Numbered from the stretch's first letter, positions 36,971-47,284 are shown. The stretch: 64,000 nt of DNA from an uncultured Gaiellales bacterium (GCA_964592075.1 CAZQDY010000001.1:60399-124398); one strand, 5' to 3'. Notes: a model not told the origin generated them from the letters alone. Numbers and translations are program-made.

Positions 36971-37112
36971 CCTATTCCATGCAACCTTATCACCCGGGAC
37001 CCGGCGGGAGGCGCCGGCGGCGGCCGACGGTGGCCGCCGGCATCTCGATATGCGCAATATGCGGCTTGTCTGTTATCTTGTGACATCCGCTATTCCGGGG
37101 GTATCTGCCTTC

Positions 37113-38960
37113 TTGAGGACTCCGAAGACCACCAAGAGAAGCAGGCGCCAGATCTGGCGCCGTCGCGCCCTGTTCGTGGTCGGATGCCTGGTCGTGGCGT
37201 TCCTGCTCCTCGTGCTCATTGATTCCGCCGTCTACAACAACAAGGTGCACGCCGGGATCACCGTCGCCGGGCGCAGCGTCAGCGGTCTCACCCGCGACGA
37301 GGCCGCCATCCGTGTCGAACAGTCGATCAAGGAAGTGTGGGGCACGGAGGTGACCCTCAAGAGCGGTAGCAGGACCTGGCTGGTCACGCCTGCCGACGTG
37401 GAGCTCGAGGCCGATGTGGAGACCGCGGTCGCGACCGCGATGGACATCACCCGCGAGGGCAACTTCCTCACGGACGTCGGCCGGCGCCTCAAGTTGCTCT
37501 TCACCGATGAGGACGTGGCGCTCCAGGGCACCTATGACGGCAACCTGATGGCCAGAGTCCTTTACGCAGTGGCGCAGCAGCTCGACCTGACCCCGGTGGA
37601 CGCCGGCATCGCCGTCGACGGAGGCGAGGTCAGGTTCGTGGAGGGCCGGAAGGGACTGATGGTGGACCGGGCTCTGCTCCGCGAACAGCTGAAGGCCGCG
37701 CTGCTCGCCTTCCAGCCGGTCGAGATCTCGGTCCCGATGAAGGTCAAGGAGCCGGCGCTCGCGGTCGAAGACCACCGCCGGGCGTTGGAGGACGCGAGGG
37801 CCATGGTCAGCGCCCCGGTGGTGCTGCGGAGCGGCGACAGCAGATGGGAACTGAACCCTGAGCAGATCGCCGTGTATATGGGCTTCGCGTCTGAGGATCA
37901 AGGCGGTGTCTCGACGCTGGCCGTGTTCCTCTCGGCAGACAAGATGAGCCCTTTCCTCAGGGAGGTGGCGGCGAAGGTGGACGTGGAACCCGTCGACGCC
38001 AGGTTCAAGACCAGCGGCGCGAAGGTCTGGGTGGAGCTCGGCAAGATGGGGAAGGCGCTCGACTTCGAGGATACCGCCCAGGCTCTCACGGCGGCGGCCC
38101 TCTCGACCGGAGACCGTACGGCCAAGGCGGCGATGGTCGAGGTGGAGCCCGATCTGATGGCCAGGGAGGCCGAGGCCATGGGCGTCAAAACCAGGCTCAG
38201 CACCTTCACCACCAAGTACGAGGGGACGCCGGAGCGACAGACCAACGTGCGCATCACCACCGAATACACGAGCTACGTCATCCTTGCGCCAGGCGAGGAA
38301 TACGACTTCATCAAGCAGATCGGCCCCCGCACCGCGGAGCGCGGCTACCAACTGGCGCCCGGCATCGCCTACAGGGAGATGGAGGACGTTCTAGGGGGAG
38401 GCATCTGCCAGGTGTCGACGACCCTGTTCAATGCCGCGTTCTTCGCCGGTCTCAAGATAGTCGAACGGAAGAACCACTCCATCTACATCGACCATTACCC
38501 CAAGGGCAGAGATGCGACGGCCACTTCCAACGGGCCGAACATGCGCTTTCTCAACGACACCAAACACCACATCCTAATCCGCGGCGCCTCCGACGGCATC
38601 ACCACCACGTTCGACATCTACGGAACCAACGATGGGCGCGAAGTGAGCTACTCGACCAGCGACTTCTATGACAAGGTGCCCCGGGCGGTGTGGGAGATAA
38701 AGGCGTCCTGGCTGAAGCCGGGCGTCACGCGCACAAGAGTGGCGGGCCAGGAGGGCAGGTCCATCGATGTGGTCCGCACGGTCACGGCAAAAGACGGGAC
38801 GGTGATCCACAAAGACAAGTTCACCAGCACCTGGAAGATGATCACACGGGAGATCGAGGTGGGCGTAGGCTCGACCACGACCACCACCCTCCCGGCTGCG
38901 ACGACCGGGTCAGAACCAGGCGCCACACCGGGTCCCACCACCGGGACCACCAGTCCATAA
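37113..38960 (+). CDS. VanW family protein with N-terminal TM anchor and peptidoglycan-binding repeats
   Basis: TM segment, GITVAG...VSGLTRDEA, RQTNVR, GEEYDF, GGGICQVSTTLFNA, ERKNHS, KGRDAT, G5-like GQEG.SIDVVRTV, Thr-rich tail. Start uncertain (TTG 37113). Confidence 0.88.
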   Translation: MRTPKTTKRSRRQIWRRRALFVVGCLVVAFLLLVLIDSAVYNNKVHAGITVAGRSVSGLTRDEAAIRVEQSIKEVWGTEVTLKSGSRTWLVTPADVELEADVETAVATAMDITREGNFLTDVGRRLKLLFTDEDVALQGTYDGNLMARVLYAVAQQLDLTPVDAGIAVDGGEVRFVEGRKGLMVDRALLREQLKAALLAFQPVEISVPMKVKEPALAVEDHRRALEDARAMVSAPVVLRSGDSRWELNPEQIAVYMGFASEDQGGVSTLAVFLSADKMSPFLREVAAKVDVEPVDARFKTSGAKVWVELGKMGKALDFEDTAQALTAAALSTGDRTAKAAMVEVEPDLMAREAEAMGVKTRLSTFTTKYEGTPERQTNVRITTEYTSYVILAPGEEYDFIKQIGPRTAERGYQLAPGIAYREMEDVLGGGICQVSTTLFNAAFFAGLKIVERKNHSIYIDHYPKGRDATATSNGPNMRFLNDTKHHILIRGASDGITTTFDIYGTNDGREVSYSTSDFYDKVPRAVWEIKASWLKPGVTRTRVAGQEGRSIDVVRTVTAKDGTVIHKDKFTSTWKMITREIEVGVGSTTTTTLPAATTGSEPGATPGPTTGTTSP

Positions 38961-38979
38961 GCACCCAGAGAAAGTCGGC

Positions 38980-40515
38980 ATGATGTCCACAGCATCCGAG
39001 ACAGTACCCGAAGACCTCTCCGCTGCCCGTAAGCGGATAACCGCCGCCTACGAACCCTCTCTGCTGGAGGAGGCAGGACACCGGTTGGCCGGCCTTCTGG
39101 CCGCGCATCTGGCGCGCGCCGAGCGCTCCGAGGGCGCTGTGCTGCCCTGGACCGAGCCGCCCGAGGCGGTCCGGGAAGCCGCGGCGCTGCTGAAGGGCCC
39201 TGCTACGGCGGGTGGGAGCGTCCCAGACGGTTTCGCCCGGCTCGTGACGGCCATGCTCGACCGCGGGCTCAACCTCCACGACCCCCGCTACATAGGCCAC
39301 CAGGTCCCAGCATCGGTACCGCTGGCCGGGCTTTTCGACGCGGTCGGCTCCGTGACCAACCAGGTGATGGCGATTTACGAGATGGGGCCCTGGGCGACAG
39401 CCGTCGAGCTGGCCATGATCCAGGAGCTGGGGATGATCATCGGGTGGGAGCCGGGCACCTTCGCCGGTTCCGTGACGCACGGCGGGTCGCTCGCCAACCT
39501 GACGGGGCTGCTGACCGCCCGGAACGTCGCCCTCGGCGACGCGTGGGACTGCGGCCTGCCGGGCGACAGGCCGGCGCCGGTGCTGCTGGCCCATGCCGAA
39601 GCCCACTACAGCGTGGCCCGCGCCGCGGGCATCCTCGGGCTGGGCAGCCGGCAGACCCTGCGCGTGGGGCTCGACGCCCTGGGACGCATGGACCCACAAC
39701 GGCTGGACGAAGAACTGACCCACGTACAGGCGCAGGGCCGCCCGGTGGTGGCGGTCGTCGCCTGCGCCTGCGCCACCCCCACCGGAGCCTTCGACCCGCT
39801 GGACGACATCGCGGAAGTGTGCCGCCGCCACGGGGTCTGGCTGCATGTCGACGCGGCCCACGGCGGCGCGGCCCTGCTCAGCGACCGGCACCGGCACCTG
39901 CTTACCGGCCTGCAGAAGGCCGACAGCGTGGTGTGGGACGCCCACAAGATGCTCTTCGTGCCGGGCCTGTGCGCCTTCGTGCTCTACCGGGACAAGAGCC
40001 ACGGCTTCGACGCCTTCCGGCAGGACGCGCCCTACCTGTTCGACCCGGCCGCGCCCGGCCTGGCTGAATACGACAGCGGAGTGAGGACCTTGGAGTGCAC
40101 CAAGCGGGCGGCGGCATTCGGGCTGTGGGGCGTGTGGTCGCTCTTCGGCCGGCAGCTCTTCGCCGACATGGTGGACGTGACCTTCGCCCTCGGCCGCGCC
40201 TTCTACGACAAGCTGTCTGAGGCCGACGACTTCGTCGCGTTGCACGAACCCCAGTGCAACATCCTGGTCTTCCGGCACGTGCCGGCCGGACTGCGCGACG
40301 CCCCGGCCGAACGGCTCGGCGACTTCCAGCTGGAGCTCCGTCGACGCCTGATCGAGTCGGGTGAGTTCTACATCGTGCCTTCCAAGTACGGGGGCGTCGG
40401 CGCGCTGCGGGTAACGATCATCAACCCGCTCACCACCCCCACCCATCTCGACCAACTGATGGACGCCTTGCGGCGCCACGGGCGGGAGCTGCTGGGCGGC
40501 CGGGCAGGCGCTTAG
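38980..40515 (+). CDS. Group II PLP-dependent decarboxylase (DDC/diaminobutyrate decarboxylase-like)
   Basis: LHDPRYIGHQ, HGGSLANLTGL, AHYSV, TGAFDP, WLHVDAAHGG, WDAHKM (PLP Lys). Confidence 0.9.
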   Translation: MMSTASETVPEDLSAARKRITAAYEPSLLEEAGHRLAGLLAAHLARAERSEGAVLPWTEPPEAVREAAALLKGPATAGGSVPDGFARLVTAMLDRGLNLHDPRYIGHQVPASVPLAGLFDAVGSVTNQVMAIYEMGPWATAVELAMIQELGMIIGWEPGTFAGSVTHGGSLANLTGLLTARNVALGDAWDCGLPGDRPAPVLLAHAEAHYSVARAAGILGLGSRQTLRVGLDALGRMDPQRLDEELTHVQAQGRPVVAVVACACATPTGAFDPLDDIAEVCRRHGVWLHVDAAHGGAALLSDRHRHLLTGLQKADSVVWDAHKMLFVPGLCAFVLYRDKSHGFDAFRQDAPYLFDPAAPGLAEYDSGVRTLECTKRAAAFGLWGVWSLFGRQLFADMVDVTFALGRAFYDKLSEADDFVALHEPQCNILVFRHVPAGLRDAPAERLGDFQLELRRRLIESGEFYIVPSKYGGVGALRVTIINPLTTPTHLDQLMDALRRHGRELLGGRAGA

Positions 40516-40571
40516 CGCGGGCCGGGCGCCTCCCAACCTGCGAGCCGGGCACGCCCCGCGCCCGCCCGGCC

Positions 40572-41939
40572 TCAGAGCAGTGTGTCGATGCACTCATCCA
40601 GAAGCCGGCCGTGCAGGTCCACGTCTTCGCTACTGGTGAAGGGACACATCAGCGCCATGTTGTGGAAGGGGGTCAGAAGCACCCCGCGGTTGAGCAGGAA
40701 CAGGTGGATGAAGGCCTCCAGCAACGCGTCGCGGCCTCTGTGAGCCTCACCGCCGTCGCGCGGGGCCCGAGGCAGGAACAGATACTCCACTCTGGCTCCG
40801 ATGCGGGTCACGTGCCACGGCAGATGGTGCTCTTCGAGCGCACGCCTCACGCCGTCTTCGAACCGCTCCGCCATGGCCGTCATGTGGCGGTAGTTCTCGT
40901 CGGTCATGACCTTCTCCAGCGTCGCCCGGATGGCACGCAGCTGCAGGGCGCTGCCCGCCATCGTGCCGCCGAAGCCGAAGTGATTGATCTCCTGACCCGG
41001 CTCGAAGTGCGGCAGCACCTCCCAGATCCGCTGCGCCATACCCTCCGAAGTCCCCCAGACGGCCACAGGTATGCCTCCGGCTATGCTCTTGCCGAGGACG
41101 AAGAAATCGGGATCCAGGTGATACGAGCCCGTATACCCGCGCGGGTCGGTTGAGATGGTGTGTGTCTCGTCGATGACGAGCGGGGCGTCGTACTCCCGGG
41201 TCAACCGGCGCAAAGCCTCGTGATAGCCAGGGAAGGGGGGCACCATGCCCGTGTTGGTGAGCACCGGCTCGGTCAGGACGCAGGCCACGTCGCCATGAGC
41301 CAGAGCTTCCTCCAAAGCACGCGCGTCGTTGAACTCCACAAGTCGCGTCGTCTGGTCATGGTCCATCGCGTTGGGATGCACCCCCGCTCTCGGGACCATG
41401 CGTCCCTGATCATCAAACTCCACTTGGGTCTCGTCCACGCTGCCGTGGTAGTTGCAGTTGAAGGCGACCACCTTGTTTCTGCCCGTAGCCATGCGGCACA
41501 GCCTGATGATGAACCTGTTGGCGTCGGTAGCCGAGGTGGCGACCTGCCAGTAGGGCAGGCCGAAGCGGCGCGCCAGCTCCTCGCCGACCCATATGCCGTC
41601 CTCGGTGGGCAGCATCATGGTCGCGCCCCGGCTCAGCTGGCCGGCGATAGCCTCCACCACCGCAGGGTTGGCGTGACCGAACATGGCCCCCGTATCACCC
41701 AGGGCGAAGTCCACGTATTCATGGCCGTCGACGTCGGTGAGATGAGCTCCTCGGGCCTCAGCCACATAGATGGGATAGCTGCCGGGCCACTGCTGCATCC
41801 AGTGCATGGGAGCACCGTACAGGAAGTGCCGCAGCGCCCGGCCGTAGAGATCCTTCGATTTGGGGTGCGTCACCTCGAACGCGGCGATCTCCCGCTCCAG
41901 AATCGATCTGGTCCTGTTCATGTTGATGCCCGCCGCCAC
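40572..41939 (-). CDS. Class III PLP aminotransferase (GSA-aminomutase-like fold), substrate unknown
   Basis: DVDGHEYVDFALG, SATDANR, NYHG, LTEPVLTN, VIDETH, GKSIAGG (PLP Lys), GGTMAG. Start GTG 41939 or ATG 41921. Confidence 0.85.
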   Translation of the reverse strand: MAAGINMNRTRSILEREIAAFEVTHPKSKDLYGRALRHFLYGAPMHWMQQWPGSYPIYVAEARGAHLTDVDGHEYVDFALGDTGAMFGHANPAVVEAIAGQLSRGATMMLPTEDGIWVGEELARRFGLPYWQVATSATDANRFIIRLCRMATGRNKVVAFNCNYHGSVDETQVEFDDQGRMVPRAGVHPNAMDHDQTTRLVEFNDARALEEALAHGDVACVLTEPVLTNTGMVPPFPGYHEALRRLTREYDAPLVIDETHTISTDPRGYTGSYHLDPDFFVLGKSIAGGIPVAVWGTSEGMAQRIWEVLPHFEPGQEINHFGFGGTMAGSALQLRAIRATLEKVMTDENYRHMTAMAERFEDGVRRALEEHHLPWHVTRIGARVEYLFLPRAPRDGGEAHRGRDALLEAFIHLFLLNRGVLLTPFHNMALMCPFTSSEDVDLHGRLLDECIDTLL

Positions 41940-41940
41940 G

Positions 41941-43101
41941 TCACACCGCCGGTCCGATCGAGTGGACGCCGAACTCGTGATGCCCCAGGCATTCGCTCCT
42001 CGTCGGCCTGTCCGCTGCGACCAGGAGGAGCTCGCCCAGTATCCGGTCCCCCATCTCGCCGACCGAGATGCCGGGGTCCACGATCTCGCCCGCATCGAGG
42101 TCCATGTTGTCCTTCATGTGCCCGAAGACGGCGCTGTTCGACGCCACCTTGAGCACCGGGGCTATGGCCGCCCCCAGGGGGGAGCCCCGGCCGGTGGTGA
42201 AGACGACCATCTGGGCGCCGGCCGCCAGCATCCCGGTCACAGAGACCGCGTCCAGAGCCGGGCCGTCCATGATCACGAGCCCTCGCCTCGAGGGTCTTTC
42301 GGCATACCGCACTACCTGCGCGACGGTCGACGTGCCTCCTTTGACGATGGCGCCCAGGGACTTCTCCTCGAGAGTGGTCAGCCCGCCTTCCATGTTGCCG
42401 GGAGACGGCTCGGTTCCCCGGACATCCACCCCGGTGGCGAGGATGGACGCCTCCATGCCGGCCACCACCTCGCGGATGCGTGTTCTCACCGTCTCGTCCG
42501 CGGCCCTCTTTTCGAGCAGGTGCTCGGCTCCGATCATCTCCGGCACCTCGGTCATGATGACGGTGGCGCCTTCGGAGACCAGCAAGTCGCTCGCCGCCCC
42601 GACGGCAGGGTTCGCCGTCAACCCCGACAGCGCATCGGAGCCGCCGCACTTCACTCCCACCACCAGTTCCGACACGTCAAACGGCGTCCGGCGGTCCTCC
42701 CCGGCGGCCCCTGCCAACCGGCGGGCCAGGTCGCAGCCTTTCGCGATCGCCGGGGTCGTCCCTCCCTCCCGCTGGATGGTGAGAGCCACCACCCTCCTCC
42801 GGCCGCGCGACTCCAGCTCGGCGGCCAGCATCTCCGGAGTGATCTCCTCACAGCCGAGACCAACCAGCAGGACCCCGGCCACGTTGGGGTTGGCGCAGTA
42901 ACCGGCCATGGTCCGCTCCATGTGCTCCCTGTCGGCCCCCAGATGCCCACAGCCATGTGGATGCGACACGCAGACGGTGCCGGGAACGCCGTCGCTGATC
43001 CGCCGAGCCACCGACTCCGCGCAGACGACGGTGGGGAACACGAGCACGTGGTTGCGCACTCCGACCGTCCCGTTCTCCCGCCTGTAGCCCTCCAACTTCA
43101 C
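41941..43101 (-). CDS. UxaA family dehydratase, large (catalytic) subunit
   Basis: GYRRENGTVGVRNHV, LLVGLGCE, KCGGSD, SPGNMEGGLTTLEEKSLG, FTTGRG. Confidence 0.9.
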   Translation of the reverse strand: MKLEGYRRENGTVGVRNHVLVFPTVVCAESVARRISDGVPGTVCVSHPHGCGHLGADREHMERTMAGYCANPNVAGVLLVGLGCEEITPEMLAAELESRGRRRVVALTIQREGGTTPAIAKGCDLARRLAGAAGEDRRTPFDVSELVVGVKCGGSDALSGLTANPAVGAASDLLVSEGATVIMTEVPEMIGAEHLLEKRAADETVRTRIREVVAGMEASILATGVDVRGTEPSPGNMEGGLTTLEEKSLGAIVKGGTSTVAQVVRYAERPSRRGLVIMDGPALDAVSVTGMLAAGAQMVVFTTGRGSPLGAAIAPVLKVASNSAVFGHMKDNMDLDAGEIVDPGISVGEMGDRILGELLLVAADRPTRSECLGHHEFGVHSIGPAV

Positions 43102-43388
43102 GACCTGTCGCCCCGTCCTCGCAGACCCTCGACGTTGTGGATGTGCACGTGGTCACCCGGCGCGATGGAGGCCGACGCCACCCCGATGGTCTCGCCGTAC
43201 TTGATGACCCTGCCGCCCCGCTCGATGGGTCGGAGCGCGAACTTGTGCCCCAGAGGTATGTCGTCGTTGACCGTCACCACTTCCCGGCCGGCCCCGGTCG
43301 CCGCCACCGCCTCCCCCTTCGCGATGGGCGTCACGGCAGTCGCCACGTTGTCTCTCTCGTCGGCTATGAGGAACCTGGCCAAGGCCAT
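43098..43388 (-). CDS. UxaA family SAF-domain small subunit
   Basis: DNVATA, IPLGHKFAL, VIKYGETIG, GDHVHIHN. 4-nt overlap with the large subunit. Confidence 0.9.
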   Translation of the reverse strand: MALARFLIADERDNVATAVTPIAKGEAVAATGAGREVVTVNDDIPLGHKFALRPIERGGRVIKYGETIGVASASIAPGDHVHIHNVEGLRGRGDRS

Positions 43389-43780
43389 CAGAAGAGCCCG
43401 TTGTCATTCAGCGGCGGGAAGACCTGCACGGGTATGTCCTGGATGACATCCCAGTGTTCGACGACCTTGTCGCCGTCCACTCTGAATATGTCCACTATGT
43501 GGCGTCCGGGGGTCCCTGGGATCAGTACCGAATGCACATGAAGAACCACGACGTCGCCCTCGCTGATGACCATCTTGATCTCGCTCCGCGACTCAGGGTA
43601 CTTGTCCCGGCGGAAGGCTACGAAGCGCAGCAACCCTTCCGGCCCATCGGCGACCCAGGGGTTGTGCTGGATGTAAGTATCTCCCAGGAACTGCTTGGTC
43701 TTTTCGACGTCCTTGTCGTTCAGAGCGGCCTCGTAAAAGGCCAGCACGATATCACGAGCTGATTGTTCGAATCCGGCCAT
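43388..43780 (-). CDS. SnoaL-like (NTF2 fold) protein
   Basis: YIQHNP, SEGDVVVLH, VDIFRVDGDKVVEHWDV. Start re-chosen at ATG 43780 (RBS AGGAGAGG). Confidence 0.88.
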   Translation of the reverse strand: MAGFEQSARDIVLAFYEAALNDKDVEKTKQFLGDTYIQHNPWVADGPEGLLRFVAFRRDKYPESRSEIKMVISEGDVVVLHVHSVLIPGTPGRHIVDIFRVDGDKVVEHWDVIQDIPVQVFPPLNDNGLF

Positions 43781-43846
43781 GGAGCCTCTCCTTTCCCCGG
43801 GGGGCCGGCCGGACATCCGAAGGCGCCTGTCGTACCGACAACCCGC

Positions 43847-44554
43847 TCAGACTCCGAGATAGGCCCTTTTCACGTGCTCGCTGTTCAGAAGGTCCTTCGC
43901 GTCACCGCTCAGCACCATATTCCCGGTTTCGAGGACATATGCACGCTGCGCCAGTCCCAGTGCGAGCCCGGCGTTCTGCTCCACGAGCAGAGTGCTGGTT
44001 CCCTCGCTGTTGATGCCCTCCACCACCCGTCCGATCTCCTCCACCATGATCGGGGAGAGTCCCGAGGAGGGTTCGTCCAGCAGCAGCAGCCTCGGTCTGC
44101 CCATCAAGGCGCAGGCGATGGCCAGCATCTGCTGCTCGCCGCCGCTCATGGTGCCTGCCCGCTGGCGGCTCCTCTCCTTGAGACGGGGAAAATGCTCGAG
44201 TACGTTGGCCAGGTCGCTCCGCACCTGGTCCTTGTCCTTGCGGAGATAGGCTCCCAGCCGGAGGTTCTCGGACACGCTCATGAAGGGGAACAGACCTCGT
44301 CCTTGAGGGACCTGGATGACTCCCCTCTTGACGATCTCCTGCGGTGAGAGACCGTCGATGCGCACACCGTCGAACCATATCTCCCCGGCCGTGAGGCCCT
44401 TCAGCCCGGAGACGGCGCGCAGTGTGGTGGTCTTCCCGGCGCCGTTGCTGCCAATTAACGTCACCACCTGGCCTTCCTCCAGATCCAGGGAGACCCCCTT
44501 CAGGACCTCGGCGCCCCCGTAGTGGACGTGTATATCCTTGATCTCAAGTAGCAC
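43847..44554 (-). CDS. livF: HAAT-type ABC transporter ATP-binding protein, LivF-like
   Basis: GSNGAGKTT, MSGGEQQMLAIA, DEPSSGLSP. Confidence 0.93.
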   Translation of the reverse strand: MLLEIKDIHVHYGGAEVLKGVSLDLEEGQVVTLIGSNGAGKTTTLRAVSGLKGLTAGEIWFDGVRIDGLSPQEIVKRGVIQVPQGRGLFPFMSVSENLRLGAYLRKDKDQVRSDLANVLEHFPRLKERSRQRAGTMSGGEQQMLAIACALMGRPRLLLLDEPSSGLSPIMVEEIGRVVEGINSEGTSTLLVEQNAGLALGLAQRAYVLETGNMVLSGDAKDLLNSEHVKRAYLGV

Positions 44555-45317
44555 GATTCCCCGTCCCCAAGAAGGCCTCTATCACCCTGGGATCGTCCAC
44601 GCACTCCCGCGGAGTCCCCTCCATCATCTTCTTGCCGTAGTTCAGCACGACGGCGTGTTCACACAGGCCCAGCACCGCTCTCACGTTGTGCTCCACGACG
44701 ATGGTGGTGATCCCCCGGGTGTCCCGCAGAGATCTCACCAGTCCCACCATCGCCTCGGTCTCTTCCCGGTTCATGCCGGTCAAGGGTTCGTCCAGCAGCA
44801 GAAGGCTCGGCTCGCAGCCCAGAGCCACCGCCACACAGAGAGCCCGCTGGCTCCCGTGGGGCAGGTTGACGGCCATCTCGTCCGCCAGATCCACCAGCCC
44901 GACGAAGTCCAGGATCCCCAAAGCGCGCTCCCTGAGTTTGGCCTCCCTCGACCGGACCGACCTACCTCTGTAGAAGATCTCTGAGAAACCGTGCTCGTCT
45001 CTGAGATACGACCCCGCGATGACGTTCTCGAGCACGGTCATGCTGAAGAAGAGGGCGTTGCGCTGGAACACCCGCGCGATGCCGAGCTTGGCCCGCCTGT
45101 ACGCCGGGCTCCGGGTGATCTCGGTTCCCGCGAACACGATCTTGCCGCGCGTGGGCAGATAGGTGCCGCCGATCATGTTGAGGACCGTGCTCTTGCCGGC
45201 TCCGTTGGGGCCGATGAGGCCGCAGATCTCACCCTGCTCCACCCGTAGATCGACGCTCGACACGGCCGCCAGCCCGCCGAAGTTCTTGCTCAGGTGCTCT
45301 ATCTCGAGTAGCGCCAT
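44544..45317 (-). CDS. livG: HAAT-type ABC transporter ATP-binding protein, LivG-like
   Basis: Start re-chosen at ATG 45317 (MALLEIEHLSKNFGG). GPNGAGKST, LPHGSQR, LLLDEP, VEHN. Confidence 0.92.
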   Translation of the reverse strand: MALLEIEHLSKNFGGLAAVSSVDLRVEQGEICGLIGPNGAGKSTVLNMIGGTYLPTRGKIVFAGTEITRSPAYRRAKLGIARVFQRNALFFSMTVLENVIAGSYLRDEHGFSEIFYRGRSVRSREAKLRERALGILDFVGLVDLADEMAVNLPHGSQRALCVAVALGCEPSLLLLDEPLTGMNREETEAMVGLVRSLRDTRGITTIVVEHNVRAVLGLCEHAVVLNYGKKMMEGTPRECVDDPRVIEAFLGTGNRAT

Positions 45318-45331
45318 GGGATGCCTCCGCC

Positions 45332-46348
45332 CTACCCCGTCTCGCCCGGGTCCACCGGGGCGGTCAGAGCGCCGCGTTTGCGATCCTTCCTCCAACGGAC
45401 GAGGCGGCCCGGCAGTTCCACCAAGCCCTCCGGCATCAGCAGCATGACGAGGATGGCGATCACCCCGATCATCATGGGCTGATACTCGGCGACGGGCCGC
45501 GTGAACTCGGTGATGAGCGTCATGACCACGGTGCCGACGATAGGCCCGGCGAAGCTCTTGCGGCCGCCGACCACCAAGTAGAGCAGCATGTAGATGGACA
45601 TCACGACCCCGAACCTCGACGTGGCGTCGACGGCCAGGCTGTGCTGATAGTGAGCGAAGAGCGCGCCGGCTATGCCCGCGAAGAAGCAGGCGATCACGAA
45701 ATTGATGACCATATACCGCATGACGTTGATCCCCACGGACTTGGAGAGCTCGTCTCCGTCCCGGATGGCCTGCCACTTGAAGCTGAGGTGCGAGTGCTCG
45801 ATCAGGTAGATCAGCGCCAGGCATATGATCACCAGCGGTATCGCTACGTAGTAGTAGTTGTCGACGGTCCCGAAGTCCACGGCCCCGATCCCCGGGAGGG
45901 TGATGGAGGCGGGCGGCGGTATCTCGAGGAGCCCCCAGGAGCCGCCAGTCAGGCTGGGCCAGTAGTAGGCCGTCAGACGCAGGGTCTCGGCGGTGAGCAG
46001 CGTGAGGATGGAGAAGTAGAGCCCCCGGACCTTCAGGAAGGGGTAGCTCAGCACCAGGGCGAGAAGCGCGGCCATGAGCCCCCCGAGAGGGACGGTGACC
46101 CAGAAGGGCAGGCCGACCCTCATCATGAGGAGCGCCGAGCCGTAGGCGCCCAGAGCCGAGAAGCCCACGTGTCCCAGCGAGATCTGGTTGAGCAGCAGCA
46201 CCGTCCTTAGACTGCTTACCATGAGCATCATGATCGCCGCGACCACGGCCACCGAGATCCAGTAGTCGTTGCCCCTCAGCATCTGGGGCAACGCCAGGGC
46301 GAGGATGATGACTACGGCGAGCCCCCCGGCCTTCCACGGTCTACTCAT
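45332..46348 (-). CDS. livM: HAAT-type ABC transporter permease, LivM-like
   Basis: QISLGHVGF, VRGLYFSILT, LTGGSWG, GPIVG. Confidence 0.9.
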   Translation of the reverse strand: MSRPWKAGGLAVVIILALALPQMLRGNDYWISVAVVAAIMMLMVSSLRTVLLLNQISLGHVGFSALGAYGSALLMMRVGLPFWVTVPLGGLMAALLALVLSYPFLKVRGLYFSILTLLTAETLRLTAYYWPSLTGGSWGLLEIPPPASITLPGIGAVDFGTVDNYYYVAIPLVIICLALIYLIEHSHLSFKWQAIRDGDELSKSVGINVMRYMVINFVIACFFAGIAGALFAHYQHSLAVDATSRFGVVMSIYMLLYLVVGGRKSFAGPIVGTVVMTLITEFTRPVAEYQPMMIGVIAILVMLLMPEGLVELPGRLVRWRKDRKRGALTAPVDPGETG

Positions 46349-47213
46349 GGCCGAAGAGCCCCCTGGGCCGGAACAGCAGGAACAGGATGACGAGGATGAG
46401 CGGAGCGAGCGCGGCCGCGGTCGCCCCGAACACCACGGGCACCACGCCGTCGATCAGGCCCAGGATCATGCCGCCCACCGCCGCCCCCGGAACGCTGCCG
46501 AGGCCGCCGAGCACGATGACCACCAGTCCCTTGATCATGGGTAGACCGCCCATGGACGGGTTGAGCACCAGGATCGAGCCCGCGAGCGCGCCCGCGAGCG
46601 CGGCGAGAGCGCACCCTATCATCATGGCGAGTCTCGACATGTGGTTGGGGTTGATGCCCCGCAGATACGACGCCTCCCGGTTCTGGGCGCTTGCCACCAT
46701 CGCCTGCCCCCGCCTCGTCTTCTTCAGGAACAGGTGGACGACAAGCAACATGGCCACCGAGATCCCCACCGCCAGGATCCTGTCACGAGGTATGGCGACA
46801 TCCAGGACTCTGAAGGAGCCCTTCACCAGCTTGGGGAGGCCCTTCTCGTAGAGACCGAAGCTGACCACGGCGAAGCTGCTCAGGATGAGGGTCAGACTCG
46901 TGGATATGACTATCGCGGGCAAGACCGGGTCCTGGCCGGGACGCGGCCGGAAGAGGCCCCTTTCGATCACCGCTCCGAACACCGCCATCACCAGCATGCT
47001 TATGACGATGGCCGCGTAGAGGTTCACGCCGTGCTGCCTCGCGAGCACGAAGACGATGTGCGCGCCTATCATGTAGATCTCGCCGTGAGCAAGCTGCAGG
47101 ATGCCCATGATGCTCAGTATCAGGGTGAGACCGAGCGCCATCAGCACATACAGCCACCCCATGGCAAGGCCGTTGATGATGGCCTGGATCCAGGTCTGCA
47201 GTGGTAGGTCCAA
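46341..47213 (-). CDS. livH: HAAT-type ABC transporter permease, LivH-like
   Basis: ALGLTLILSIMGILQLAHGE, RGINP, GGLGSVPGA. Confidence 0.9.
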   Translation of the reverse strand: MDLPLQTWIQAIINGLAMGWLYVLMALGLTLILSIMGILQLAHGEIYMIGAHIVFVLARQHGVNLYAAIVISMLVMAVFGAVIERGLFRPRPGQDPVLPAIVISTSLTLILSSFAVVSFGLYEKGLPKLVKGSFRVLDVAIPRDRILAVGISVAMLLVVHLFLKKTRRGQAMVASAQNREASYLRGINPNHMSRLAMMIGCALAALAGALAGSILVLNPSMGGLPMIKGLVVIVLGGLGSVPGAAVGGMILGLIDGVVPVVFGATAAALAPLILVILFLLFRPRGLFGHE

Positions 47214-47238
47214 TGATCCTTCCCCCGGCTAGAGGTGG

Positions 47239-47272
47239 GGTGGGAAGGGGCGGCGCGCCGCCCCTTCCCACC
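47239..47272 (-). terminator. Perfect 34-bp palindrome between the binding-protein gene and livH
   Basis: ggtgggaaggggcggcgcgccgccccttcccacc equals its own reverse complement. Confidence 0.7.
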
Positions 47273-47284
47273 TCGTTCACGGGC

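Noticed and set aside
36971-37112. Purine riboswitch or PurR box upstream of purL
   Set aside because: I see no recognisable purine/ZTP riboswitch core or PurR consensus; only GC-rich ggcggcc runs.
41941-43388. Split UxaA as sulfolactate sulfo-lyase SuyAB, with AprAB-like enzymes handling the sulfite
   Set aside because: The two-gene layout fits, but the large subunit has PTVVC and HPHGCGH (altronate/galactarate-type), not the SuyB-type PVDDLSN and HAYGRLQFG as I recall them. Left as a generic UxaA.
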